The notes below the pieces were generated by a model. The model ran no database searches. It was given only the letters and a program-made list of their open reading frames with translations, and was not told the origin of the DNA. A DNA stretch of 64,000 bases, taken from positions 128,001-192,000 of the IMG/VR virus record IMGVR_UViG_3300012983_000031, one strand, 5' to 3'. How positions within the stretch are numbered: position 1 is the first letter of the stretch; every line of letters starts with the position of its first letter. The DNA comes from a virus (lineage: Duplodnaviria; Caudoviricetes). The position numbers and the translations under genes are program-made. Shown here piece by piece: positions 1 through 8,971 of this stretch.

Positions 1-2
1 AC

Positions 3-1013
3 TGGAGTATTTATGATGACGGATACAACGGGAAAAACCTGATTGTGAATTCACGAATTCGTACAAATAATGGAACAAAGGTGTATTGTCATGAATCATA
101 TGCGAACGAAATGTATGACAAGTTCGAGGGCAAGATGGGCGGACAGGTATATACATCAAAGGATCAAATCAAGGGAAATATTTATAACATTAAGGATATA
201 ATCAAGATTTCAAAGAATGAAGTTCGCCTTGATACAGATGGTGGCGGTTCCGCTGTTGTCGATCTTAACAAGGAGCATCAATTCATTGAAACTCTTGGTG
301 TAAATACTGTTTCAGAGTTTATGATTGCTCTTGATGATCCAGAGAATAAGAAGATTGTTCTTAACTATGCAAAGAACGCAAAGGTTGTTGCGAATAGAGT
401 GTCCATTTGGGAGGGCATTCGATACAACATTGAGAAAGACTTCATGGATCAGTTGGTGAACGGGCAGACAAAGGGATACACTGCGAAGATTCTCATGATT
501 AATAACGGTGGTTATACTGTCGACATTAATGGTGTGAAGTGCTTCCTACCAGGTTCTTTGGCTGCAAGCGGTCCAATTGATGACTTTGAATCTCTTCTTG
601 GAAAAAATGTCAATGTTTGTGTAGTTAACTACTCAAAGAACACAAATAACTTTGTCGTATCACATAAGAAATATCTTGAACTCACTCTTCCAGATAGAGT
701 CAAGGAAATGTTATATCCAGGTCTCAAGGTTTATGTTAAGGTTACAGGCATTTCAAAAAATGGTATGTTCTGTGCCATTCGTGATGATAATGGGGATTTC
801 CCATATTCAAGCCTTATGCATCGTAGCATGATGTCACCAGAGCAGGAAAGCAATTTTGATAAGGGTGAATTCTCTGTTGGAGATTGCTTCTATGCGTATA
901 TTCAACGCGTTGACTGGAGCGATAACGGAAACTTCAGGATATATGTGTGCGACCAGAAATCATATTGTAAAATCGAACAAGAAGATTTAATAGAAGATGG
1001 ATCAACAAATTAA
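3..1013 (+). CDS. S1-domain RNA-binding protein (ribosomal protein S1-like), probably 5'-truncated by the window
   Basis: The frame is open from position 3. GGYTVDINGVKCFLPGSL...VVSHK is a typical rpS1 OB-fold repeat, and a second degenerate S1 repeat follows. Confidence 0.75.
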   Translation, partial: WSIYDDGYNGKNLIVNSRIRTNNGTKVYCHESYANEMYDKFEGKMGGQVYTSKDQIKGNIYNIKDIIKISKNEVRLDTDGGGSAVVDLNKEHQFIETLGVNTVSEFMIALDDPENKKIVLNYAKNAKVVANRVSIWEGIRYNIEKDFMDQLVNGQTKGYTAKILMINNGGYTVDINGVKCFLPGSLAASGPIDDFESLLGKNVNVCVVNYSKNTNNFVVSHKKYLELTLPDRVKEMLYPGLKVYVKVTGISKNGMFCAIRDDNGDFPYSSLMHRSMMSPEQESNFDKGEFSVGDCFYAYIQRVDWSDNGNFRIYVCDQKSYCKIEQEDLIEDGSTN

Positions 1014-1281
1014 TTATTCAGGAGTCATTGATTCTCCTAACATAGTCTGTGAATGCGGATGCAAAACGTTCACTCCAGCTGCTATCCTAAAGAAGGTTCC
1101 TATGCTTGTCACAATGACAGGACGTGATGAAATCGTTGATATACCTGTATACATCTGCACAAAATGCGGAAAGATTCCACAGGAATATATTGATAAGGCT
1201 AACTTCAAGCGTATTATGGGTGAGGAAAATGAATCATCCGATGAAAGTAACAATATAAATAATAATGGTATAATTTTATAA
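997..1281 (+). CDS. small Zn-ribbon protein
   Basis: CECGC and CTKC motifs; overlaps the upstream stop. Confidence 0.6.
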   Translation: MDQQINYSGVIDSPNIVCECGCKTFTPAAILKKVPMLVTMTGRDEIVDIPVYICTKCGKIPQEYIDKANFKRIMGEENESSDESNNINNNGIIL

Positions 1282-1292
1282 ATCAAACAATT

Positions 1293-1745
1293 ATGAGAGT
1301 TAATAATAGTGAATGGTTTGAATGCAAGGTTTGCTACGACCAGATGCAGGACAATGGATCCGTTAAGAAAGTGAAAGAACTTTATACAGTTGACGCTCTT
1401 TCATTTACAGAATCAGAAACTCGTATTATCGACGAAATGGCTCAATTTATAAGTGGAGAATATGAAGTTACTGATATGAAGAAAGCAAAGTATAAGGAAA
1501 TTTATTTCAGTGAAAACGACGATGCTGATATATATTATCAGGTGAAGATTAAACTTATTTTCTTTGACGAAAAAACTGAAAAGGAAAAGGCTTCTTTGTA
1601 TTTGATTCTTGTTCAATCAAATAGTTTGCAACAGGCTGTTAAAGATGTTGAAGAAATAATGAAAGGATCATTGTCTGATTATAGAATCGCAGAAATAAAA
1701 GAGACGAACATCGTTGATGTTATTGAGCATAAGGTGGAGGGATAA
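1293..1745 (+). CDS. DUF4494-family protein (Bacteroidota)
   Basis: WFECKV...KKVKELYTVDALSFTESETRIIDEM signature. Confidence 0.75.
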   Translation: MRVNNSEWFECKVCYDQMQDNGSVKKVKELYTVDALSFTESETRIIDEMAQFISGEYEVTDMKKAKYKEIYFSENDDADIYYQVKIKLIFFDEKTEKEKASLYLILVQSNSLQQAVKDVEEIMKGSLSDYRIAEIKETNIVDVIEHKVEG

Positions 1746-1779
1746 TCCCTCCTCCTTCTTAAACTTAAATCAAAAAGAC

Positions 1780-2139
1780 ATGCCTTTTGCTTTTGACTTC
1801 AATGCTGCTCATGGTGACGTTCATAGTGTTGAGATCTCCCCAGAAGGATGGAATGGGAAGGTTACCGTAGACTATATGGTTGCGCAGGCTCATAAATTTG
1901 ATACGATGTTGTCAATTGTATGGAAAGTTAGAGGGACTGAACACTGTTTCACAATAGAGGAAAGGAGACTTAATCAACTCTCTCATGGAAATTATAAACA
2001 ACACTTTAAAGAAGCTCTGGAAGCTTTTCGGAAAGATTATCTCAGCTGGTTCACGGACGACATGTACAAAGACTGTGAATGGAAATACGAGTACGAACGA
2101 CAGTTCTGCAAACTCATCAAGCCAGATAAAGATAACTGA
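1780..2139 (+). CDS. hypothetical protein
   Basis: ORF in operon; likely start MPFAFDF. Confidence 0.55.
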   Translation: MPFAFDFNAAHGDVHSVEISPEGWNGKVTVDYMVAQAHKFDTMLSIVWKVRGTEHCFTIEERRLNQLSHGNYKQHFKEALEAFRKDYLSWFTDDMYKDCEWKYEYERQFCKLIKPDKDN

Positions 2140-2171
2140 CGTTAAAGTGAAAAAAATAAATTTACATTAGA

Positions 2172-2972
2172 ATGAAGAAGAAAAGATATTTTCAATGGAT
2201 CGAAGGTGAACAGATTGGGGAAATCGAAACACTGGAAAGCATAGAGAAATTTGAAGATGAAACAATCTTTAATTTTGATAGCGGCGAATCGTGCAATCTT
2301 AGGTTTATATCTAAGATGACTGACAATGTTGTTGACCTCAAGAAGAAGTTCATGGTTGAAATAGATTCTCCATCAAATGCTTGGACAATTGACACAGTAA
2401 AGCCAAAGATTTACACGGACGAATCAATGAAAGGTGAGGTTGCAGAGATACCATCACTTCATGATATGCTTCAATGCAACGGTCAATCTTCAGAAATAAA
2501 TTCAAACATCGGAACAACAAAACTTGTGAAGCCACGTAATCCGCAAAGCATGCGTGAACTTCCAACAATTAATGAATATGGCGTGAAACCTGTAGTCAAA
2601 CCAAAGACTCTTGAAAATGTTTCTGCTACAATTATAGACAATACAGCTACACCTAAAGATGAACCTGTTAATGTTCAGGAAGATCAAAAGGCAAAGGTTT
2701 ATGCTGCTTCAGAACAAAAATTTTCTGACTTCGCGATAGATCCTGTAAGGATTCTTGTTGATAAATGTAAGAAGCATGATACGCCAGTTGAACTTGAGAT
2801 AACAATGAAACTTCCTGCTAAATCTGTTGCGGACATAGCAAGAAACGAATTTGATGACGGATTTGATAAATTTATAGATTGTGTTGTCGCTGACATAGAT
2901 TTAAGTAAAGTGATAGACGCACTTCGTGATTCCTTGCGTTCGGCGTATTCGGATGAAAATGAATCACAATAA
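2172..2972 (+). CDS. hypothetical protein
   Basis: 266-aa ORF, co-directional with neighbours. Confidence 0.65.
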   Translation: MKKKRYFQWIEGEQIGEIETLESIEKFEDETIFNFDSGESCNLRFISKMTDNVVDLKKKFMVEIDSPSNAWTIDTVKPKIYTDESMKGEVAEIPSLHDMLQCNGQSSEINSNIGTTKLVKPRNPQSMRELPTINEYGVKPVVKPKTLENVSATIIDNTATPKDEPVNVQEDQKAKVYAASEQKFSDFAIDPVRILVDKCKKHDTPVELEITMKLPAKSVADIARNEFDDGFDKFIDCVVADIDLSKVIDALRDSLRSAYSDENESQ

Positions 2973-3030
2973 TAACTAGAATAAATACCTTTGAACTATT
3001 GCAAAATTTTCAAAGGTATTTTTAATAATT

Positions 3031-3531
3031 ATGAAGTTCTATGGCACAATCGAACCATGCAGAAGGCTAAAAAATTTGTTTAGTAATTTAAGTTCGTTTT
3101 ACATTATTGATGTAGATACCATACTTAAAGAGTCTGGGCTTGATCCAAATAAGAATACGCATAAGTATCTTATAAACGCCGAACTCGAACGGCTTATAAC
3201 ATCAGGCGCGAAATCAAAAAGGTATCTTGGTATGATCTATATAAACAGTAAGCTTAACTGTGATACAATCATATCAATTAAAAAATCGATCGAAACGTTA
3301 ACCAATTCAGCTATAGAAAGTTTTGTCATCCTTGATGATTTCGATACGCCAAAATTACATGATTACTATACGTTGTTTGATGAGGTTGTGTTTTTCCCGT
3401 CATTAAAGAAAACGAAGATAATCGAGTGTGTACCTCGAATTATGCCAAAAATCAATAAACTAGAAAATGTTAAGAAGAATAATATCTTTTCTGAAGAACC
3501 TGTTCAAGAAGAAACGGTTCAAGCCGATTAA
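3031..3531 (+). CDS. hypothetical protein
   Basis: 166-aa ORF after an ATAAATA motif. Confidence 0.6.
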   Translation: MKFYGTIEPCRRLKNLFSNLSSFYIIDVDTILKESGLDPNKNTHKYLINAELERLITSGAKSKRYLGMIYINSKLNCDTIISIKKSIETLTNSAIESFVILDDFDTPKLHDYYTLFDEVVFFPSLKKTKIIECVPRIMPKINKLENVKKNNIFSEEPVQEETVQAD

Positions 3532-3627
3532 GCACCCTAAACAAATAGAACTTGTTGGTGGAGGTTTTGTGCCAGCCTCTGACTACATGTGCGTGAAAGT
3601 CTCTGAACTTAAGGAAATGAAAAAAGG

Positions 3628-4740
3628 TCAAGGATAGCCTGGTATTCCAAATGTGCATTTTCCAGCAGGTTCAAATCCTGTCATTAGAAACGTCATGAAT
3701 CTTATATTTGTAACATTAAGCTTTTCATATTTAGGAAGCGCCTCTGCCTCCGTCAACGTCTGAAGGATAGCATATATTGCTGTCCTTATTGTTTGTGGAT
3801 CAAATTGCGGGAGTTCACCGAACGAACCAGGGTTAAATCCAGTAGCGGATGTAACGCTGTTCATTCCAGCCATACCCATTTGTGCAACTTTGGCGTTTTT
3901 AATTTGACCTTTGGTGTGTTCCCATTGCGTTTCAGCTTCCGATATAAGTAAATCAACAATTGGAGGAATGCTATATGTGGTTGACATATTTGTGTTAGCA
4001 ACAAGAATCTCTGTCTTGATTATGCTCTTTGGTGTTGGGAAGAATGCCATTCCAGCTCCATTAACGTTCATTGCAAACTGTCCGCTTATGGCTGTTGTTA
4101 TTGAGCTAATGATGTTTAGAATGTTATTAATTGCTACAGCTGCCTGTGTAATGTGAGAAACTACAGAAGAAACTTTCGCATCAGAAGCGTCTCCTTTCCC
4201 TTCAATTATATGAAGAAGTTCATCTTTTGTTAGTTCCGCTGAGGTTATGCTTAGATTTGTCTTCGTTAATTCAAGTTCATATTGTATAATTTGATATTTT
4301 TTTAGAACAATTTGAATAGCAAGAAACGGTACGTAAACTGCATTTATAATAATAGATGTAGATGCGTCCATTGTTTGATAAAATTTCTTTGTGGCGTTCG
4401 CTATTACTGTATTCACGTCACCGTTTACTTCATTTTGAAGTTTTTGCGCTTCTGACAAAACCGTGTTAAGGGCTGATGGGAGAATGGTTGTTAACTCTGT
4501 AACATCATTTGTAACATTATTAACCTTTTGAAGAATCTCAGGTATATCACAACTTTCTGTTGACGTTGGCATAATATCAATAGATGCCTTTTTTATGTTT
4601 TTCACTTTCTTTTCAACACCATTCATTATATCATAAGCGAACGCCAGTCTATTGACGACATCCGCTTGTTCTTCGGCTTGCGATATTATTTTATCCTTTG
4701 GGTCGTTTATTTTCTCTTTGGATGTGATTTTTTTAGCCAT
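3628..4740 (-). CDS. hypothetical helical, possibly virion-associated protein
   Basis: Long ORF; likely start MAKKITS at 4740; divergent from polB with ATAAATA upstream. Confidence 0.6.
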   Translation of the reverse strand: MAKKITSKEKINDPKDKIISQAEEQADVVNRLAFAYDIMNGVEKKVKNIKKASIDIMPTSTESCDIPEILQKVNNVTNDVTELTTILPSALNTVLSEAQKLQNEVNGDVNTVIANATKKFYQTMDASTSIIINAVYVPFLAIQIVLKKYQIIQYELELTKTNLSITSAELTKDELLHIIEGKGDASDAKVSSVVSHITQAAVAINNILNIISSITTAISGQFAMNVNGAGMAFFPTPKSIIKTEILVANTNMSTTYSIPPIVDLLISEAETQWEHTKGQIKNAKVAQMGMAGMNSVTSATGFNPGSFGELPQFDPQTIRTAIYAILQTLTEAEALPKYEKLNVTNIRFMTFLMTGFEPAGKCTFGIPGYP

Positions 4741-4862
4741 TTTCTTTTCTATTTGAAAAAATAGTTGTACATTTGCAACATATTTATTTATAAGATTTAA
4801 TCGTTTTTGTTTTTTAATCGTATAATGAATAGAAGGGGAATCATTTAAGCATATCAAAGACA

Positions 4863-6368
4863 ATGATAGTAAATACAGAAATCCGAAATTACACGCAGAA
4901 CGGAATTGATGTGATGGATCCATATGGGAGACCACAGAAATTCCTATATATATCTTATGTAGGCGAAGACAAGAGAATTAAGTCATTCTATTGGATGATA
5001 CCGCAGGAATTGATGTACCAGTGGAAATATGCAACAAAGAATGATGTGCCAGATCCAACATATAAGTCGTGGGACGGCAAAGGCGTAATTAAGGTTCCAA
5101 TTGTAAACAAGTTCACCGAACAGCGCGTGCATGAAATCATCATGGATTTAGAACGATGGTTCCCAGATGATCCAAACCTAAAGCAAATCCGTGAAATGAG
5201 AAAACCTAATACAGCGTTCATGGATATTGAGGTTGATGTTGATGATGATGGGTTTCCAGCAGCGGATCAAGCTAAAAATCAAGTAAATACATGTTCAATC
5301 GTTTATAATGAAAATGTTTATGTTCTTGGTTTAGCCCCGTTAACGCAAGATGATATACAATGGATTCAGGATGAAATTGATAAGCATTGTGAAAAGTTTG
5401 ATACAAAATATAAATTCCAGTACAGATATCATCCAAGTGAAATATCATTATTCACAGATTTGTTCAGGAATTTCATAGGAACAATTGATTGCATAACTGG
5501 TTGGAACTGGTTCGGATACGACTGGCCATACTTATGCAACAGGGCAGAACGAATAGGGTTTGATATATCCTGGCTTTCACCTACAAAGACATGGTATACC
5601 TATAAGCTGCAGATTGGCAACAACAGCATGATTAAACTCCCAATGCATAAATGTATGTATGACTACATGGAAGTTTACGCAAAGTATGACAGATCCATCA
5701 CACCAAAAGAAAGTAATAAATTGGATTGGGTTTCAAACCGTGTTCTTGGAACAAAGAAAGTTGTACACCAGCTTGGGTTCAAGGAAATGTGGGAACGCCA
5801 GAAGAAGGAATATGTGTTCTATAACGCGATAGACAGTGTGCTTGTGAGGGAAATCGATAATAAGTTAAAGACAAGCTCAGTTGTGTTCGGTCTCGCATCG
5901 CTTATGAATGTTCCACTGCTAAATACCTTTAGCTCCACAAAGAGCATCGAAATAGTGCAGGCGGAATATCTGTATAGGGAAAATAAGGTGTTCCCTGTTG
6001 TTAAGAATGATAAGAAAAAGGAAGAGTATGAGGGAGCGTTCGTATTCAGACCAATACAAGGTATATATAATAATGTATATACTCTTGACTACTCATCACT
6101 TTATCCTACAACGATGAGGCAGTTTAATATTTCACCAGACACACTTCTGTTCAAGGATAAGGATTACGAACCCAAGGAAAACGAAATTAAATGTACCAAC
6201 GGATGTGTGTACACAAATGACTTTGAAGGATTCATACCTAAGATTCTCAGTGATTATTTTGCAAAGAGAAAGGGATATAAGAATCAGATGATAGCTGCAC
6301 AAAAAGAGAAGTACAGGCTTATATCTATACTGGAAAGACGTAAAAAGAAATTAAACAATTGTGCATAG
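4863..6368 (+). CDS. polB: family B DNA polymerase, N-terminal subunit (3'-5' exonuclease plus motif A), split gene
   Basis: ExoI DIE, ExoII GWNWFGYD, ExoIII YNAID and motif A DYSSLYP. The protein ends after KRKGYK with no KxxxNSxYG or YGDTDS. Confidence 0.85.
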   Translation: MIVNTEIRNYTQNGIDVMDPYGRPQKFLYISYVGEDKRIKSFYWMIPQELMYQWKYATKNDVPDPTYKSWDGKGVIKVPIVNKFTEQRVHEIIMDLERWFPDDPNLKQIREMRKPNTAFMDIEVDVDDDGFPAADQAKNQVNTCSIVYNENVYVLGLAPLTQDDIQWIQDEIDKHCEKFDTKYKFQYRYHPSEISLFTDLFRNFIGTIDCITGWNWFGYDWPYLCNRAERIGFDISWLSPTKTWYTYKLQIGNNSMIKLPMHKCMYDYMEVYAKYDRSITPKESNKLDWVSNRVLGTKKVVHQLGFKEMWERQKKEYVFYNAIDSVLVREIDNKLKTSSVVFGLASLMNVPLLNTFSSTKSIEIVQAEYLYRENKVFPVVKNDKKKEEYEGAFVFRPIQGIYNNVYTLDYSSLYPTTMRQFNISPDTLLFKDKDYEPKENEIKCTNGCVYTNDFEGFIPKILSDYFAKRKGYKNQMIAAQKEKYRLISILERRKKKLNNCA

Positions 6369-6395
6369 TTATAAACGTTTAAAAATAAAATAATT

Positions 6396-6833
6396 ATGAA
6401 TACAACTAATTTAAAATGTACAAGATGTATGCACGATCTTGAAGTAGAGGAATTTCTCGAAAGTGAAGATCCTGAGTTCGGTAACACAACTTTTCTTTTC
6501 TGTCCCTACTGTGGTGCCAAATATGAATGCACAGAGGCACCAGAAAATGAGAAGGATAAGTATGAATTCTATCAGAATGGGGAAGATATCGACGGAAGGA
6601 TCACCGAACCAGATATCCTTAACGGTCACTGCACAAACTGTGGGCATAAAGTTACTGTGTCCAATAATTTCATGCTTTCAGATTATGATGATACAATCAC
6701 GGATGAAAATGAAGATAAGATGAATTTCATCATGAATGAATGCCCATATTGTGGAATGTGTGAAGTTCGTTGGGATAACTCAAATAACGAACGTGAAGTG
6801 TTCCCGTACTGGAAAGAAAACCAACAAGAGTGA
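6396..6833 (+). CDS. double Zn-ribbon protein
   Basis: Four CxxC motifs (CTRC, CPYC, CTNC, CPYC). Confidence 0.65.
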   Translation: MNTTNLKCTRCMHDLEVEEFLESEDPEFGNTTFLFCPYCGAKYECTEAPENEKDKYEFYQNGEDIDGRITEPDILNGHCTNCGHKVTVSNNFMLSDYDDTITDENEDKMNFIMNECPYCGMCEVRWDNSNNEREVFPYWKENQQE

Positions 6834-7117
6834 TTATGGAAAAGAAAGACAAAAAACAGAATGTGTTCGATATAAACGATTTCAAGCCAATCACAACGGA
6901 AAAATATAAATCATGCGTTTCATATAATGAAATGATTCCTGCTGAAACACTGACAACAATGTACAGGTGGGGGTGGAAATTGATTCATTTTTCTGCGTTT
7001 GCTAAATCAAAAACAATAGGATATAGCACACAAGAAGGCGTAGGAATGGAAGTATATGCATATATGTTTGAAAATAAACGATTTATGGACGATATTAAAA
7101 ACACATTAAACGAATGA
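6830..7117 (+). CDS. hypothetical protein
   Basis: ORF coupled to both neighbours. Confidence 0.55.
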   Translation: MIMEKKDKKQNVFDINDFKPITTEKYKSCVSYNEMIPAETLTTMYRWGWKLIHFSAFAKSKTIGYSTQEGVGMEVYAYMFENKRFMDDIKNTLNE

Positions 7118-7812
7118 TAAAACATGATCGAAACAATAAAAACGTTCTTGAAGGATCCGATTCTTTTGCATTATTCGGCGACGACGTTTGTGTTCATATT
7201 GACAATAGGAATACTGGCGTTCGCAATAAAGATGAACAAGAGGCTGAAAAGACTAAATTTGAAAAACAGACTGGAGCACAACCAGCTGATGAAAAACCAG
7301 ACAAATCTGAACATGGTTCTGAGAAAACTGGACGCAAAATTAGGAGAGGATTCAGAGCACTTGAAAACAATAAAAACTCTATTGGTTCAGAAAGTGATGC
7401 CGATGCTGTCAAAGGATCAAGTCATTCAAAAACTGATGGACAACGTGAACACGTTGGAAACGAACAACAAAGCTTTGATAAAGCAAATACAAGACGTGTC
7501 AGAAGAACTCGACGAACTAAATCATCAATATCAAACGATGAAGGAGGAAATGGAGTTCAAAAGCACGGCACTACCGCTACAGAAACTGTAGATATATCAG
7601 CATATCCTCTTAGGGAATTTGAAACAACTTCTGTTATACAAAACTGTGCAATAACTGGAAGACCGAAACAAACAGATGAGTTCGGAACAGTTGAGGTTCT
7701 TATCGATGGAGTTCGCCGCAAGGTTTCTGAATGGTCAATTAAAGGCGGACAATATATTCAAGGTCTCGATAGCAGATTTCTTGTTTCAAAATATAAAACT
7801 GGAAAGAAATAA
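7114..7812 (+). CDS. hypothetical protein overlapping 7124-7591 in another frame
   Basis: ATGA coupling to the upstream gene, globular-looking C-terminus, terminator hairpin after the stop. Confidence 0.45.
   Translation: MIKHDRNNKNVLEGSDSFALFGDDVCVHIDNRNTGVRNKDEQEAEKTKFEKQTGAQPADEKPDKSEHGSEKTGRKIRRGFRALENNKNSIGSESDADAVKGSSHSKTDGQREHVGNEQQSFDKANTRRVRRTRRTKSSISNDEGGNGVQKHGTTATETVDISAYPLREFETTSVIQNCAITGRPKQTDEFGTVEVLIDGVRRKVSEWSIKGGQYIQGLDSRFLVSKYKTGKK
7124..7591 (+). CDS. membrane-anchored coiled-coil protein
   Basis: N-terminal TM helix, then heptad-rich helix; lies entirely inside the 7114-7812 ORF. Confidence 0.5.
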   Translation: MIETIKTFLKDPILLHYSATTFVFILTIGILAFAIKMNKRLKRLNLKNRLEHNQLMKNQTNLNMVLRKLDAKLGEDSEHLKTIKTLLVQKVMPMLSKDQVIQKLMDNVNTLETNNKALIKQIQDVSEELDELNHQYQTMKEEMEFKSTALPLQKL

Positions 7813-7858
7813 AATGATGGCTGGATAACGCTCCAGCCATTTTTTATTTAGATAAATA

Positions 7859-8581
7859 GTGAAAGAAAATCCAAAAACAATGCTAGTTCCACAACGAACA
7901 ATAAAAAGTGACAGAAAAGATTTTGAACAGCTGCTAAATGGTTTGGATCCAATCCATACACCTTCTCCAGTGCAAGATCCTCAACCATCGGAAAAGGCAC
8001 CTAAACCTACACCTGTTGACAATACAAGTGCAGCCGAAACGATGAAAGTAAAAATGTTTGATTACGATTACGATTTAAACAAAAAAATACTTAGGAAAAA
8101 GGCAAGAAAAACTATACTTGGGGCTGTTAAGCATATCATGAGTGATGATTTGCTTGAATATGAATATGTTAAGGATAAAATTGAACAAGATATAGATACG
8201 TTGACATCATTATATGTTCAGCTTGATAGCAACATGACGATGCAAAGATCCATCATGGAAAATGTTAACTCTGGAAACTCTGCGCCAAGAATGTATGAGG
8301 TGTTCGCGCAACTGACTGATAAAATACAGGCGATCACTAAACAAATATTCGAGTCTGAACAAAGAATCAGGAAAACATATATTGACCTGAAGTTCGAGAT
8401 TAGAGATAAAGAGGGAGAAGCCAATATAGCAGCACAGCAGCAGAAAGACCCAGCTAAACTTGAAGCTCCTACATCTATGGTTGTCACATCTACAAAAAAT
8501 CTTATCAGCGGGGCAAGGCAAAGACACATAGACAAGATAAATAACGTAAAAGAAGCTGAATTTGAAATTAAAGATTGGTAA
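7859..8581 (+). CDS. putative terminase small subunit (T4 gp16-like)
   Basis: APRMYEVFAQL resembles the gp16 PRxYEV motif; two genes upstream of terL. Confidence 0.5.
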   Translation: MKENPKTMLVPQRTIKSDRKDFEQLLNGLDPIHTPSPVQDPQPSEKAPKPTPVDNTSAAETMKVKMFDYDYDLNKKILRKKARKTILGAVKHIMSDDLLEYEYVKDKIEQDIDTLTSLYVQLDSNMTMQRSIMENVNSGNSAPRMYEVFAQLTDKIQAITKQIFESEQRIRKTYIDLKFEIRDKEGEANIAAQQQKDPAKLEAPTSMVVTSTKNLISGARQRHIDKINNVKEAEFEIKDW

Positions 8582-8585
8582 CGTT

Positions 8586-8963
8586 ATGCAAATCAAAGAG
8601 ATATATATAAGAGACGAAAATGATCCATATTACGATCCAACAATGATTGATTTTAACAACGAAATCGAATCAATCATAACGCAAATCAGAATGATACTTG
8701 GAACGCAAAATGGACAGGTGTTAGGGAACTATGATTTTGGAATTGATCTTGAATATATGGTTTTTAACACGAAACATGCAGCAGAACAGGTTTTAGATAA
8801 ACTAAATACACAAATAAGAACTTATGTGAATCATGGGGAAAATACTTACATAACAACAAACATAGAGTTCGGAGATTCAGGACTAGGATATGATTATGCT
8901 GTTCTTGACATATACATCAACGGAGTAAAAAGCATAGGTTTCCTCATAGATAAAAACCAGTAA
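8586..8963 (+). CDS. gp25/GPW-like baseplate wedge protein
   Basis: QIRMILGTQNGQVLGNYDFGIDL matches the gp25 pattern. Confidence 0.65.
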   Translation: MQIKEIYIRDENDPYYDPTMIDFNNEIESIITQIRMILGTQNGQVLGNYDFGIDLEYMVFNTKHAAEQVLDKLNTQIRTYVNHGENTYITTNIEFGDSGLGYDYAVLDIYINGVKSIGFLIDKNQ

Positions 8964-8971
8964 AGTGGAAC

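Noticed and set aside
7124-7812. Embedded Rz/Rz1 spanin pair
   Set aside because: The second frame has no signal peptide or lipobox.
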